This document shows positions 53,382-63,247 of a stretch of 64,000 bases of DNA, piece by piece. A program made the position numbers and the translations under genes. Within the stretch, counting starts at the first letter, position 1. Every line of letters starts with the position of its first letter. Origin of the DNA: Nitrososphaeria archaeon (lineage in GTDB: Archaea > Thermoproteota > Nitrososphaeria > Nitrososphaerales > JAAOZN01); the NCBI GenBank assembly GCA_029775855.1, contig JARVJZ010000006.1:76353-140352 (forward strand), given 5' to 3'. The notes under the pieces were generated by a model. It made no database searches. It worked only from the letters and a program-made list of their open reading frames with translations, and was not told the origin of the DNA.

Positions 53382-55716
53382 AGCGATTCTTCAACAACCA
53401 AAAGACCTTCTCAGGGGTTATAGGAAGACTGGTAACCCTAACCCCTATAGCATCCTTAACACCATTACCTATAGCTGGCGCTATAGGCAGAACCCCTAGC
53501 TCGCCTACCGAGCGTGAGCCGAAAGGCCCAGGCCCTATGCCGCTCTCTAGAATTGTAGTTTCTATGTTAGGTGTCTCAGATATAGATGCTATTAGGTAAT
53601 CCATAAAGGTGCCGTTGAAGATCTGCCCTTCTTCTATAACAAGTTCTTCAAAGAGAGATGTGCTGAAACCCATCCAAGCACCTCCCTTTAGCTGCCCCTC
53701 TACTAAAGCGGGGTTGACCGCTCTACCTACATCGGCTATAACTTTGATGTTCAAGACCTTTATTGACCCACTTTCCGGGTCTACTGCTAAGTCTACTGCT
53801 GCGCAGATAGGCGTGTATTCTAGTGCTACTCTAGGCTTGGATGCTTGCCCTGTTTCTGGGTCTATCTCCGCTAAATCTTCGTAGAAGAAGCCTCTGCCTA
53901 GCAGTAGGCCTGTTTGCTCTATGTATGCTCCACCCATGGGTCCTGCTGTGAAGAGGGTTTCGAGGGGTATCTCTTCAGTTGTATTTTCTGACTCTACCTT
54001 CAACTTTCCGTTGCTGAATGATATTTTATCTTTTGGTTTAGAGAGGATTTTGGAGGCTGCTTCGACTATCTGCCCCTTAAGATCTTTGACTGCTGCCAGC
54101 ACGGCATTACCTAACTGGACGAGCTGCCTACTTCCGCTTGAGCCTGGTGATATAGGCGTTAGGAGGGTATCTGACGAGATCACCCTAACTTTGCTGAGTG
54201 GTATATTGAACTCTTTAGCAACGATCTGAGCAAGCCCAGTAAATGTCCCTTGACCTATGTCTGTAGCGCCGATGTAGAGGTCGATGGTTAGATCTTCGTT
54301 TAGGCGTATAAGTGCTACGCTTGGATAGGTTATGTCACATTGATGCTTCGCTATGGCTACACCCCGACCTACAACCCAACCGTCTATGGGGCTCTTTGGT
54401 TTTGGGTTTTCATCTAAGAGCTTCTTTAATGTGTTTATGCAAAGCCTCATTGTATCGCTGTGTATCTTCTCTCCTATACAGCTCACATCGCTATCCTTTA
54501 AGATGTTTTTCAGCCTAAGTTCTAAGGGGTCTATGTTAAGCCTCTGAGCGATTTCGTTCATCTGAGACTCTATAGCCCAATATATTTGTGTTGAACCGAA
54601 GCCTCTGAACGCGCCTCCTTGAACCTGATTTGTGTAGACTCGATAGATGTCTGCCTTAAAGTTAGGTATATTGTAGACTGAGCTTATGGCGTAGATTGCG
54701 TTTCTTACAACTACATTCCCAGCTACAGAGTATGCTCCGCCGTTATATACTATGCTCATTACTCTACCAATTATCCGCCCATCTTTAGTTACAGCATCAC
54801 TTAACTTAATCTCTGCCTGGTGGCGTGTAGTTGTATACATTAGGTCTTCAAGCCTCGACAAAACGAGCTTAACAGGCCTACCCTGAGTCTTTAGGGCTAG
54901 GGCTGCTACTATCGGCTCATACACAGCTGCACCTCGATTACCAAAACCTCCACCAACATGCTTTGGCACTATGACTCTAATCTTCTGCTCCGGAATCTCT
55001 AAAGCGTCTGAAATCTCTTTTCTGGTTCTAAATGGTGTTTGCCCTGAGGTGTAGATTGTAAGGGAACCATCTGGCTCCTGTTTCGCTATAATAGATGTGG
55101 GTTCAAGTTGTGCGTGCTGCACCGCTTGCGTTGTATAAGTGTTAGTGATGATAAAATCTGCTTGTTTGAATGCTTCTTCTACATCGCCAAACCTTATCTT
55201 TTGCAAAGCCGATACATTCGGTTTATTAGGTGTTAAAGCAACCCTATACAGCTTTGACTTCAGCCGCTTGTAGCGCGATAGATCCTCATGCACAACTGTA
55301 GGAGGCTCTTCAAGTAAGGCCTCTTTGAAGTCAAAGAGAGGTGTAAGAGGTTCATACTCAACATCGACCAACTCACAAGCTGCAAAAGCTATGTCAAAAG
55401 ACTCAGCAGCTACAGCTACTACAGGCTCTCCAATATACCTAACCTTACCCCTTGCAAGTATAGGTGTGTCTAGTAGCCCTCTACCGTGCAGCCCCTTCGG
55501 CACATCTTCTGCAGTGATTACAGCAACTACGCCGCTAAGTGATGTGGCTCTACTTGTGTCCACCTTTTTTATGAGGGCGTGTGGTAATGGGCTCCTCTTT
55601 AAGCACGCATAGAGCATATAAGGTAGGGTGATGTCAGTTGTATACACTGCTTTACCAGTAACCTTCTCTAATCCATATAGATTGGGTGCGCGACTTAAAT
55701 TGTTCATCTTAAACAT
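53368..55716 (-). CDS. Xanthine dehydrogenase / aldehyde oxidase-family molybdopterin-binding large subunit (second copy)
   Basis: 782 aa. GKAVYTTDITLPYMLYACLKRSPLPHALIKKVD, GGGFGNRG, QGGAFRGFGSTQ. Confidence 0.8.
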   Translation of the reverse strand: MFKMNNLSRAPNLYGLEKVTGKAVYTTDITLPYMLYACLKRSPLPHALIKKVDTSRATSLSGVVAVITAEDVPKGLHGRGLLDTPILARGKVRYIGEPVVAVAAESFDIAFAACELVDVEYEPLTPLFDFKEALLEEPPTVVHEDLSRYKRLKSKLYRVALTPNKPNVSALQKIRFGDVEEAFKQADFIITNTYTTQAVQHAQLEPTSIIAKQEPDGSLTIYTSGQTPFRTRKEISDALEIPEQKIRVIVPKHVGGGFGNRGAAVYEPIVAALALKTQGRPVKLVLSRLEDLMYTTTRHQAEIKLSDAVTKDGRIIGRVMSIVYNGGAYSVAGNVVVRNAIYAISSVYNIPNFKADIYRVYTNQVQGGAFRGFGSTQIYWAIESQMNEIAQRLNIDPLELRLKNILKDSDVSCIGEKIHSDTMRLCINTLKKLLDENPKPKSPIDGWVVGRGVAIAKHQCDITYPSVALIRLNEDLTIDLYIGATDIGQGTFTGLAQIVAKEFNIPLSKVRVISSDTLLTPISPGSSGSRQLVQLGNAVLAAVKDLKGQIVEAASKILSKPKDKISFSNGKLKVESENTTEEIPLETLFTAGPMGGAYIEQTGLLLGRGFFYEDLAEIDPETGQASKPRVALEYTPICAAVDLAVDPESGSIKVLNIKVIADVGRAVNPALVEGQLKGGAWMGFSTSLFEELVIEEGQIFNGTFMDYLIASISETPNIETTILESGIGPGPFGSRSVGELGVLPIAPAIGNGVKDAIGVRVTSLPITPEKVFWLLKNRSTLK

Positions 55717-55877
55717 GCTTCACCTATTTTGTGGGTTAACTTTTAATTATACTTTAATAATAGCAACTAAATTAATTACTATTATCGTGTAAACGGTAGA
55801 AAGCTAGATGTAAAAGAATTATTAGCGCGTTTTAAAAATTGCAATTAAATCCTTATATGAGGAATCGCAATAATAGA

Positions 55878-57587
55878 ATGTTAGAGTTGGAGGTTTATAG
55901 CCACGACATATTAATTATCGGCGCCGGTCTTGCGGGTCTCAGAGCAGCAATCGCAGCTGCAGAAGTAAGCAAAAACTTGGACATCGCGGTAATCTCAAAG
56001 GTGTATCCAATGAGGTCTCACTCAGTCTGCGCCCAAGGGGGCACAGCAGCGGTAATGAGAGAGGGCGATAGCCACGATCTACACGCTTATGATACCGTCA
56101 AAGGAAGTGACTTCTTAGCAGACCAAGATGTTGTAGAATTCTTTGTAAAAAGAGCAAGTGTAGAACTTGTGAAGCTGGAGCATTGGGGTATGCCTTGGAG
56201 CAGAACAGAAGATGGAAAGATAGCTCAAAGAGCGTTTGGTGGGCATAGCTTCAATAGAACATGTTATTCAGCAGATCTTGTGGGTTTTCAAGAAATGCAC
56301 ACGCTGTATGGGCGCGCCTTAGCATATGACAACATAGGCTTCTATGACGAATGGTTCGTTACATCTCTGATAGCTGAAGAGGGACAAGCAAAGGGTGTAA
56401 CAGCTATAGAACTCAAAACAGGAAGAATGAGCGCGTTCAGGGCGAAGGCGATAATAATGGCAACTGGAGGAGCCTGCAGAATATACCGTTTCACAACCTA
56501 TTCACACACAGCCACAGGCGACGGTATGGCTATAGCCTATAGGGCTGGTGCACCTCTTGAAGATATGGAGTTCGTTCAATTCCATCCAACAGCGCTTGTG
56601 CCAAGCGGTGTATTAATAACTGAAGCAGCCCGTGGAGAAGGCGGCTACCTCCTAAACAGCAAAAAAGAGCGTTTTATGGAAAAGTATGCAAAGGAGAAGA
56701 TGGAACTGGCGCCACGCGACATAGTATCAAGGGCTGAAATGACCGAGATAATGGAGGGAAGAGCATACACTGGACCAGATAGACCCTACATAGCCCTTGA
56801 TCTAACACACTTAGGCGAGGAAAAGATAAACGAACGCCTCCCGTTTATACGCGAAGTAGCGCAGAGGTTAATAGGCGTAGACCCGGTTCATGAGCATATA
56901 CCAGTAGCACCCGCTGCACACTACTCTATGGGCGGTATATCTGCGAACATAAGGACAGCAACGCCTTTGCCTCATCTATTTGCAGCTGGCGAATGTGCTT
57001 GCCTTAGCCTACACGGCGCCAACAGGTTGGGCTCTAACTCTACAGCGGAATGTCTGGTTTTTGGTGCTGTAGCTGGTGAAGAAGCAGCAAAACTTGCGCT
57101 TTCCTCAACGCTCCCAAGTCTACCTAGCGATAAGCTTAGAGAAGAAGAGAAGCGTGTCTTTGACCAAGTTTTGGGAAATGAAGGCGGTGAGAGGATCTCA
57201 GAGATTAGAAGACAAATGATGAATATTATGGATGATAAAGTATGGATCTTTAGAGACGAGCATGGATTAGCAGAAGCGGTTAAGGCGATAAGAGCCTTAA
57301 AGGAGAAGTTTAGAAGGGCTAAAGTTGAAGACACTTCAAGAGTGTTTAATTTAGGTTTGGTAAACGCTCTTGAACTGGACTTTATGCTTGATTTAGCCGA
57401 GGTTACAGCCTTCTCAGCGTTAAACAGAAGAGAGTCAAGAGGGGCACATTCAAGAATAGATTACCCCAAGCGTAATGATACGGATTGGCTTAAACACACC
57501 TTAGCCTACCACACACCAGACGGACCGAAATTAGAATATATGCCAGTAACCATAACGAAGTGGAAACCTGTCGAAAGAAAGTATTGA
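55878..57587 (+). CDS. sdhA: Succinate dehydrogenase / fumarate reductase flavoprotein subunit
   Basis: Track ORF starts at 55839. I favour ATG 55878 ([24 protein letters not shown]). [10 protein letters not shown] (His of the covalent-FAD motif), HPT, RGEGG, and GANRLG.NS present. Confidence 0.9.
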   Translation: MLELEVYSHDILIIGAGLAGLRAAIAAAEVSKNLDIAVISKVYPMRSHSVCAQGGTAAVMREGDSHDLHAYDTVKGSDFLADQDVVEFFVKRASVELVKLEHWGMPWSRTEDGKIAQRAFGGHSFNRTCYSADLVGFQEMHTLYGRALAYDNIGFYDEWFVTSLIAEEGQAKGVTAIELKTGRMSAFRAKAIIMATGGACRIYRFTTYSHTATGDGMAIAYRAGAPLEDMEFVQFHPTALVPSGVLITEAARGEGGYLLNSKKERFMEKYAKEKMELAPRDIVSRAEMTEIMEGRAYTGPDRPYIALDLTHLGEEKINERLPFIREVAQRLIGVDPVHEHIPVAPAAHYSMGGISANIRTATPLPHLFAAGECACLSLHGANRLGSNSTAECLVFGAVAGEEAAKLALSSTLPSLPSDKLREEEKRVFDQVLGNEGGERISEIRRQMMNIMDDKVWIFRDEHGLAEAVKAIRALKEKFRRAKVEDTSRVFNLGLVNALELDFMLDLAEVTAFSALNRRESRGAHSRIDYPKRNDTDWLKHTLAYHTPDGPKLEYMPVTITKWKPVERKY

Positions 57588-59107
57588 AGGAGGTTAAGCT
57601 TTTGGTGGAAGAGAAGATAATCACACTTAATGTGCAGCGATATCAACCAGAGAAAGGGCAGTTCACGACATCAACATATAGGATTCCTGTGAAAAAGGGA
57701 ATGACACTACTCGACGCTCTACTATATGTGCGAGACAACATAGATGGGACATTAACCATCAGACACTCTTGCAGAATGGGCATCTGCGGAAGCTGCTCAG
57801 TAATAGCTAATGGCAAACACCTTCTAGCTTGCTATACACAAGTCCTTGACTTAGGTTCAGACACCATAACTGTTACTCCGATGCAGAACCTCCCCATGAT
57901 AAGAGATCTAGTCCCAGACCTAAAACCATTCTTTGATAAGTATAAACCGATTCAACCCTACCTCATAAAACCAGATAAAGATATGCTTATGGAAGCAGAG
58001 TTCACACAGAAGCCTGAAGAACTCAAAAAGTATTGGAATACAACACTCTGTATAAAATGCGGACTCTGCTACTCCGCTTGCCCAGTCGTCAAATCTAACC
58101 CAGATTTCCCTGGGCCTGCTGCTACCACAACACTATACCGCTTCACAATAGATAGTAGGGACAGCGGTGGAGAAGCTAGGCTTCAGCATACAGGTCCTTG
58201 GCTATGCTACTATTGTGGGGACTGCTCTATAAGCTGCCCTAAAGGAGTTGAACCCGCTGAGTCAATTATGTCTATGCGGCGGCATCTAATAACCAACTAC
58301 GATTGGACGGGGATCTCACGCATGCTCTACAATTCAAAGAAAGCATCGATAATATTCACATTAGGTTTAGCACTACTAACACTGCTCTTAGTCTGGTTCC
58401 TACACGGACCTATAATTACAGATAGAATTGAACTCACAACATTCGCACCAATCGAAATTGTGCACAACGGCGGAATAATATACGGTTTGCTACTTGCTGC
58501 TCTACTACTTAGCAACCTCGGTAGAATGTATTGGTTCACTGTGAAGAAGAGAACTAACGGAAAGCATATACCATTAAGCACCTACTTCAAAGCGTTAAAA
58601 CATGTGGTCTCAGAGTTTCTAGCACAAGCAGGCTACTCCAGATGCACACCAAAACGCGCTTGGATCAACCACTTAATACTCATGTGGGGTTACACAAGCC
58701 TATTCATACTATTTGCAATTCTGCTGCCTTACACACTAGTTAATACTATACTTCCCTTGAGCAACCCACTGCGTTTAGCAGGCTACTTTGGCTTCACAGC
58801 TTTAACATATGCTACCCTCTACGCCATCATAGGAAGAGTTAGAAAGAAGGAGGAGTTTAGGAAATACTCACACCACACAGATTGGATGTTCCTAATACTA
58901 CTCTTACTCACATCCATAACAGGTATATTAATTCACATATTCATAGCGCTCAACTGGCCTCTTCCAACCTACATAATCTTCGCCATACACCTTGCTGTAG
59001 TCGTGCCGCTACTTGCTGAAGTGCCCTTCGGCAAATGGACTCACCTCGCCTACAGACCTTTCGCACTCTACTTTAATAGACTCAAAAGAGAAGCGGGCAT
59101 CCAATAA
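57560..59107 (+). CDS. SdhB/TfrB-like iron-sulfur subunit fused to a six-helix NarI/DsrM/HdrE-like membrane domain
   Basis: 515 aa. The start is more likely TTG 57602 or GTG 57605, behind GAAGGAGG at 57587-57594. CRMGICGSC...C (2Fe-2S), [24 protein letters not shown], then six hydrophobic helices with His residues and a terminal [11 protein letters not shown] motif. Confidence 0.8.
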   Translation: METCRKKVLKEVKLLVEEKIITLNVQRYQPEKGQFTTSTYRIPVKKGMTLLDALLYVRDNIDGTLTIRHSCRMGICGSCSVIANGKHLLACYTQVLDLGSDTITVTPMQNLPMIRDLVPDLKPFFDKYKPIQPYLIKPDKDMLMEAEFTQKPEELKKYWNTTLCIKCGLCYSACPVVKSNPDFPGPAATTTLYRFTIDSRDSGGEARLQHTGPWLCYYCGDCSISCPKGVEPAESIMSMRRHLITNYDWTGISRMLYNSKKASIIFTLGLALLTLLLVWFLHGPIITDRIELTTFAPIEIVHNGGIIYGLLLAALLLSNLGRMYWFTVKKRTNGKHIPLSTYFKALKHVVSEFLAQAGYSRCTPKRAWINHLILMWGYTSLFILFAILLPYTLVNTILPLSNPLRLAGYFGFTALTYATLYAIIGRVRKKEEFRKYSHHTDWMFLILLLLTSITGILIHIFIALNWPLPTYIIFAIHLAVVVPLLAEVPFGKWTHLAYRPFALYFNRLKREAGIQ

Positions 59108-59189
59108 CACCCTAAAGTCATTGAAGCGTAAAACTATGATGCTCAAAGTATTTTAATTCTTCTACCGATAATAAAGAGGTGAGAGAAGA

Positions 59190-59939
59190 TTGATTAAACG
59201 CATCCACATATTAGATTGCGGCACACTTGAAATAGACATGTCATACTTTACTTGGAAGGTGAACATAGGCAAACCATACCGCTTTCCAGTTTGGTGCACC
59301 TACGTGGAGAGCGACGAAGCTAAGATTATGATAGATACTGGCTACAACCTTGAAAACGCCTTACAATACTACAGCTGGGAGAAGCCTCAGCAGAGTGAAG
59401 AGCAGAGGCTTGACAAACAACTAGCTCTAATCGGTGTGAAGCCAGAAGATATAGATATCGTGGTTATAACACACCTCCACTTCGACCACGCAGGCTACCT
59501 CTACCTATTCAAGAACGCTAGAATAATCGTGCAAAAAGAGGAGCTAAGACATGCCTATGTGCCTGAGCCGTTTGAAGCGATAGGCTACAGCAGACCAACC
59601 TTTGACATACCAGGGTTAAAATGGGAGTGTGTTAGCGGAGACCAAAAGATAGTCGATGGGCTTAGAACCGTCTTAGCCCCTGGGCACAGCGCTGGGCATC
59701 AGATACCCATTATAGATAGTAAAGAGCTTAACACAATAATAATTGAAAGCGACGTTATAAGCACACGCGCCAACCTAGAGAAGCACATAGTAGGTGGAAT
59801 ACATCTAGACCCGATGGCTCAATACGAATCTATGCTTAAACTTGAGAGAATCGCCAAAGAGACTGGGGGGAAGATATTTCTAGCGCATGACACTGAATTC
59901 TATAACACGCTTAAACGTGGTAAAGAGTATTATACTTAA
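59190..59939 (+). CDS. Metallo-beta-lactamase-fold hydrolase (lactonase-like)
   Basis: 249 aa, TTG start. ITHLHFDHAG (HxHxDH), a later PGHSAGH and a terminal AHD. Confidence 0.8.
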   Translation: MIKRIHILDCGTLEIDMSYFTWKVNIGKPYRFPVWCTYVESDEAKIMIDTGYNLENALQYYSWEKPQQSEEQRLDKQLALIGVKPEDIDIVVITHLHFDHAGYLYLFKNARIIVQKEELRHAYVPEPFEAIGYSRPTFDIPGLKWECVSGDQKIVDGLRTVLAPGHSAGHQIPIIDSKELNTIIIESDVISTRANLEKHIVGGIHLDPMAQYESMLKLERIAKETGGKIFLAHDTEFYNTLKRGKEYYT

Positions 59940-59986
59940 GACATTGGACTAAGGAGGTCAGCGGATTCGTAAGAGTCCTAGTCAAG

Positions 59987-60235
59987 ATGTTGGGGTTGGG
60001 AATATTTACAGAGGGAGAAAACGAGGTTATTGTAGATGCTTATGACGTCTTTGGTGTGATAGAGGCTCTAAAGAACAAATATCCACTCTTTAAAGAGAAG
60101 TTATGTGACCCAAGAACTGGTAGACTATATCCTGGGTTCGACATATTCGTGAATGAGCATCCTACATTGGATGAGAAGCATGTGTTAAAGGACGGGGACG
60201 TTGTAACTATAGTTCCGATCTTTGCTGGTGGATAA
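59987..60235 (+). CDS. MoaD/ThiS-family ubiquitin-like beta-grasp protein ending in Gly-Gly
   Basis: 82 aa from the ATG. FVNEHP....VLKDGDVVTIVPIFAGG* is the MoaD/SAMP-type C-terminus. An in-frame VRVLVK strand-like extension lies upstream, behind AAGGAGG (59951-59957), but has no canonical start codon. Confidence 0.65.
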   Translation: MLGLGIFTEGENEVIVDAYDVFGVIEALKNKYPLFKEKLCDPRTGRLYPGFDIFVNEHPTLDEKHVLKDGDVVTIVPIFAGG

Positions 60236-60297
60236 TAGAAAAGAGCTTATAATGGGGAATTAAAATCTAATATAGATGCAGATAGGTTGAGTCTAAA

Positions 60298-62172
60298 TTG
60301 AGCGATTTTAAATACAAAGGCTACTGCTCTAAACTGCTGAGAGTAAATCTAACTTCACAAACCGCTTCTGAAGAACCTTTGAATGAATCTGATGTAGAAA
60401 GATTTATCGGTGGTAGAGGACTTGGCGCGAAGATACTTTTTGACGAAGTCAAAGAAGGCGTTGAACCCCTAAGCCCAGAAAACAAGCTCATAATAACCAC
60501 TGGACCATTAACGGGAACGAGGGTACCTACTAGTACAAACCGCTTTGTAATTACAACAAAATCTCCTCTAACAGGTATCTACGGCTTTTCAGTTTCAGGA
60601 GGAGCATTTGGCTTAGAGTTAAAGAAGGCTGGATACGATGGATTAGTGATAGAAGGCAAAGCGAATAAACCAACATACTTACAGATAGAAGATGGAGAAC
60701 TACATTTTAGAGACGCAGGCTGGCTCTGGGGCATACCAGTATTCGAAGCAACCAGGCTTCTGAGAGAAACCTTAGGTTATGACTACAGAACAATAATGAT
60801 AGGCCCTTCTGGGGAGAAGTTGGTTAAGATCGCAGGCATAATTTCAGACGACCGAAGAGCATCAGCAAGGTGTGGTGTTGGAGCGGTAATGGGCTCAAAG
60901 CTACTAAAGGCAGTGGCGGTCAAAGGCTCAAAAGAATACACATTTGCAGACCCCGCTAAATTCGACGAAGCGTTAAAAGAAGCATTCAAGAACATTGGGA
61001 TACAACCCGGCCCATGGAAGGAGTTCAGACAGACAGGCACCCAATCTGGGCCGATAAAGAACAACGCTTGGGGTATCTTACCTACAGCTAACTGGCGTGA
61101 ATCTGTATTCGATAAAGCTGCTGAAATAAGCTACCCTCTGTTAAGAGAGAGGTTTGTCGTCAAAGATACTGGCTGTAACCAGTGCCCGATAAGATGCACA
61201 AAACTAACCTTGGTTAAGGATGGGCCTTATGCTGGTGCTGCAACTGATGGGCCTGAGTATGAGACGATTTACGCGTTTGGCAGCGCTTGCAAGATAGGTG
61301 ACCCGAGACCTATTATAGCGGCTGATATGCTCTGTGACGATCTAGGGCTTGATACCATGTCTACTGGGCTTACTATAGCTTGGGCTATGGAGGCTCTTGA
61401 GAAGAATGCTATCTCAAAGAGCGAGTTGGATGGGTTAAATTTGAGATTTGGGAGCGACGAAGGACTGCTGAACGCTATCAAGAAGATGGCTTATAGGGAT
61501 GGAGCATTAGGCAAACTACTTTCAGATGGCGTAAGAGAGGCTGCTAGAAAGGTTGGGAAAGGCTCCGAAAGCTATGCTATGCACGTTAAGGGTCTTGAGA
61601 TAGGAGGTTATGACCCAAGAGGCTCAAAGGGGCAGGGATTAGTGTTGGCTGCTGGTTCAAGAGGCGGATGCCATCACGCATATGGTGTGGCTTCCTTTGT
61701 TGAAATACCTCAAGGTACTGCTACAAGCGCTAAAGGAAAGGGGTTGCTCGTTAAGGGAACATTAAGGGTTAGGGTTATGATAGATTCATCCCCTTTATGC
61801 GCCTTCGCAGCATCCAGGGTGCCACCGCCGCTGCTGGCTAGATTAATTTCAGCTGCCACTGGAATGGAGATGCAGCTCTCTGATTTGGAGAGAGCTGCTG
61901 ATAGAATAGCGACACTCGAAAGAGCATATAACGCTAGAGAAGGGGTAAGAAGGGAGCATGACACTCTGCCGGATAGGTTGCTAAAGGAAGCTGTGCCAGA
62001 TGGGCCGAACAAAGGTGCGGTTCTTACACCTGAAGAACTTGAACTTATGAAGACAGAGCTCTATGAAGCCATGGGTTGGGATACTTCTACTGGCATACCT
62101 AAGAGGAGCACGCTGGAGGCTTTAGGGTTGGCTGATGTAGCTTCAGATCTAGCTAGGGCTGGATGTCTGTAG
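60298..62172 (+). CDS. aor: Tungsten-type aldehyde:ferredoxin oxidoreductase family protein
   Basis: 624 aa, TTG start. LLRVNLTS...E, GGRGLGAKIL, GLELKKAGYDGLVIEG, a CNQCPIRC FeS ligand motif, and EYETIYAFGS. Confidence 0.9.
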   Translation: MSDFKYKGYCSKLLRVNLTSQTASEEPLNESDVERFIGGRGLGAKILFDEVKEGVEPLSPENKLIITTGPLTGTRVPTSTNRFVITTKSPLTGIYGFSVSGGAFGLELKKAGYDGLVIEGKANKPTYLQIEDGELHFRDAGWLWGIPVFEATRLLRETLGYDYRTIMIGPSGEKLVKIAGIISDDRRASARCGVGAVMGSKLLKAVAVKGSKEYTFADPAKFDEALKEAFKNIGIQPGPWKEFRQTGTQSGPIKNNAWGILPTANWRESVFDKAAEISYPLLRERFVVKDTGCNQCPIRCTKLTLVKDGPYAGAATDGPEYETIYAFGSACKIGDPRPIIAADMLCDDLGLDTMSTGLTIAWAMEALEKNAISKSELDGLNLRFGSDEGLLNAIKKMAYRDGALGKLLSDGVREAARKVGKGSESYAMHVKGLEIGGYDPRGSKGQGLVLAAGSRGGCHHAYGVASFVEIPQGTATSAKGKGLLVKGTLRVRVMIDSSPLCAFAASRVPPPLLARLISAATGMEMQLSDLERAADRIATLERAYNAREGVRREHDTLPDRLLKEAVPDGPNKGAVLTPEELELMKTELYEAMGWDTSTGIPKRSTLEALGLADVASDLARAGCL

Positions 62173-62192
62173 CAAGTTAGCAGATGCTTGTG

Positions 62193-63140
62193 TTAACGCG
62201 TCTTCCGCTCACGGAGTATCTTTATTAGATATTCGTCTCTTAGCTTCATCACTTCGCTTGCCGACCTCTTTGACCAGTCGTAAAAGCCTTTACCAGTCTT
62301 CACACCGAATTCGTTTCTCTCAACCATCTGCTTGACGATATTATGGGGCTCGGTTGAGTTGTCAAGATCCTTATAGACTATTTTAGAAACTGCATAAAGT
62401 ATGTTTACACCTGAGAGGTCAACTAGGTCAAAGACACCTAAAACTGGAAAGCGTGTGCCGAGTGTTTCTTTTATGACCGTATCTATATCCTCTGGTGTGG
62501 CTACACCCTTCTCTACAAGAGAAGTTGCTTCCCTTATGATAGCATATAGGATTCTTATTCCAATCTGACCAGGAATATCTTTGTTCACTACAACAGGCTT
62601 TTTCCCGACCTTCTCAAGCAGAGCTTTAGCGGTCTGAATGGTTGCATCTGAAGTCTTCTCACCTCTAACTATCTCTACAGCTTGAAGTAAGGTTGGTGGG
62701 TTCCAGAAATGCGTTCCAACCACCTTATCTGGGCGGTTTGTTGCTGAGGCTAGTAATGTTATGGGAATGCCTGAAGTGTTGCTTGCAAGAATTGTATGTT
62801 GAGGTGCTGATTGATCTAATGTTGTAAAAACACTTCGTTTAACATCGACATTCTCTGTGACAGCTTCGACTACAAAGTCTGCACCCCTACCGGCTTCTTT
62901 AAGGTCTAAGATTGGGCAGATGTTTGATAGAGCGGCTTTGGCTTCGCTTTCACTTAGAAGCCCGTATTGAGTAAACTTCTTCAGATCAGATTCTATTGAT
63001 GAAAGAGCATTGTCAAGTAGAGTCTTATTCACATCATTTAGTAGCACCTTGTAGCCGGCTTGAGCGAAAACTTGTGCTATACCATGCCCCATAAGGCCAG
63101 CTCCTACAACCGCGACTGTTTTAATCTGGTTTAGAGACAT
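62193..63140 (-). CDS. hbd: 3-hydroxyacyl-CoA (3-hydroxybutyryl-CoA) dehydrogenase
   Basis: 315 aa. VAVVGAGLMGHGIAQVFAQAGYKV Rossmann motif, SNTSGI, HFWNPP, and a C-terminal dimerisation domain (G.KTGKGFYDW). Confidence 0.85.
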   Translation of the reverse strand: MSLNQIKTVAVVGAGLMGHGIAQVFAQAGYKVLLNDVNKTLLDNALSSIESDLKKFTQYGLLSESEAKAALSNICPILDLKEAGRGADFVVEAVTENVDVKRSVFTTLDQSAPQHTILASNTSGIPITLLASATNRPDKVVGTHFWNPPTLLQAVEIVRGEKTSDATIQTAKALLEKVGKKPVVVNKDIPGQIGIRILYAIIREATSLVEKGVATPEDIDTVIKETLGTRFPVLGVFDLVDLSGVNILYAVSKIVYKDLDNSTEPHNIVKQMVERNEFGVKTGKGFYDWSKRSASEVMKLRDEYLIKILRERKTR

Positions 63141-63247
63141 AAGCTAGCGTATAGGAAAATTAAGTATTTTAACACTCACTTAATTTGTTGGCGTCAACAG
63201 ATTTTAGAGGCATAGATATTTTACCTTGTCTAATATATGGTAGCACT

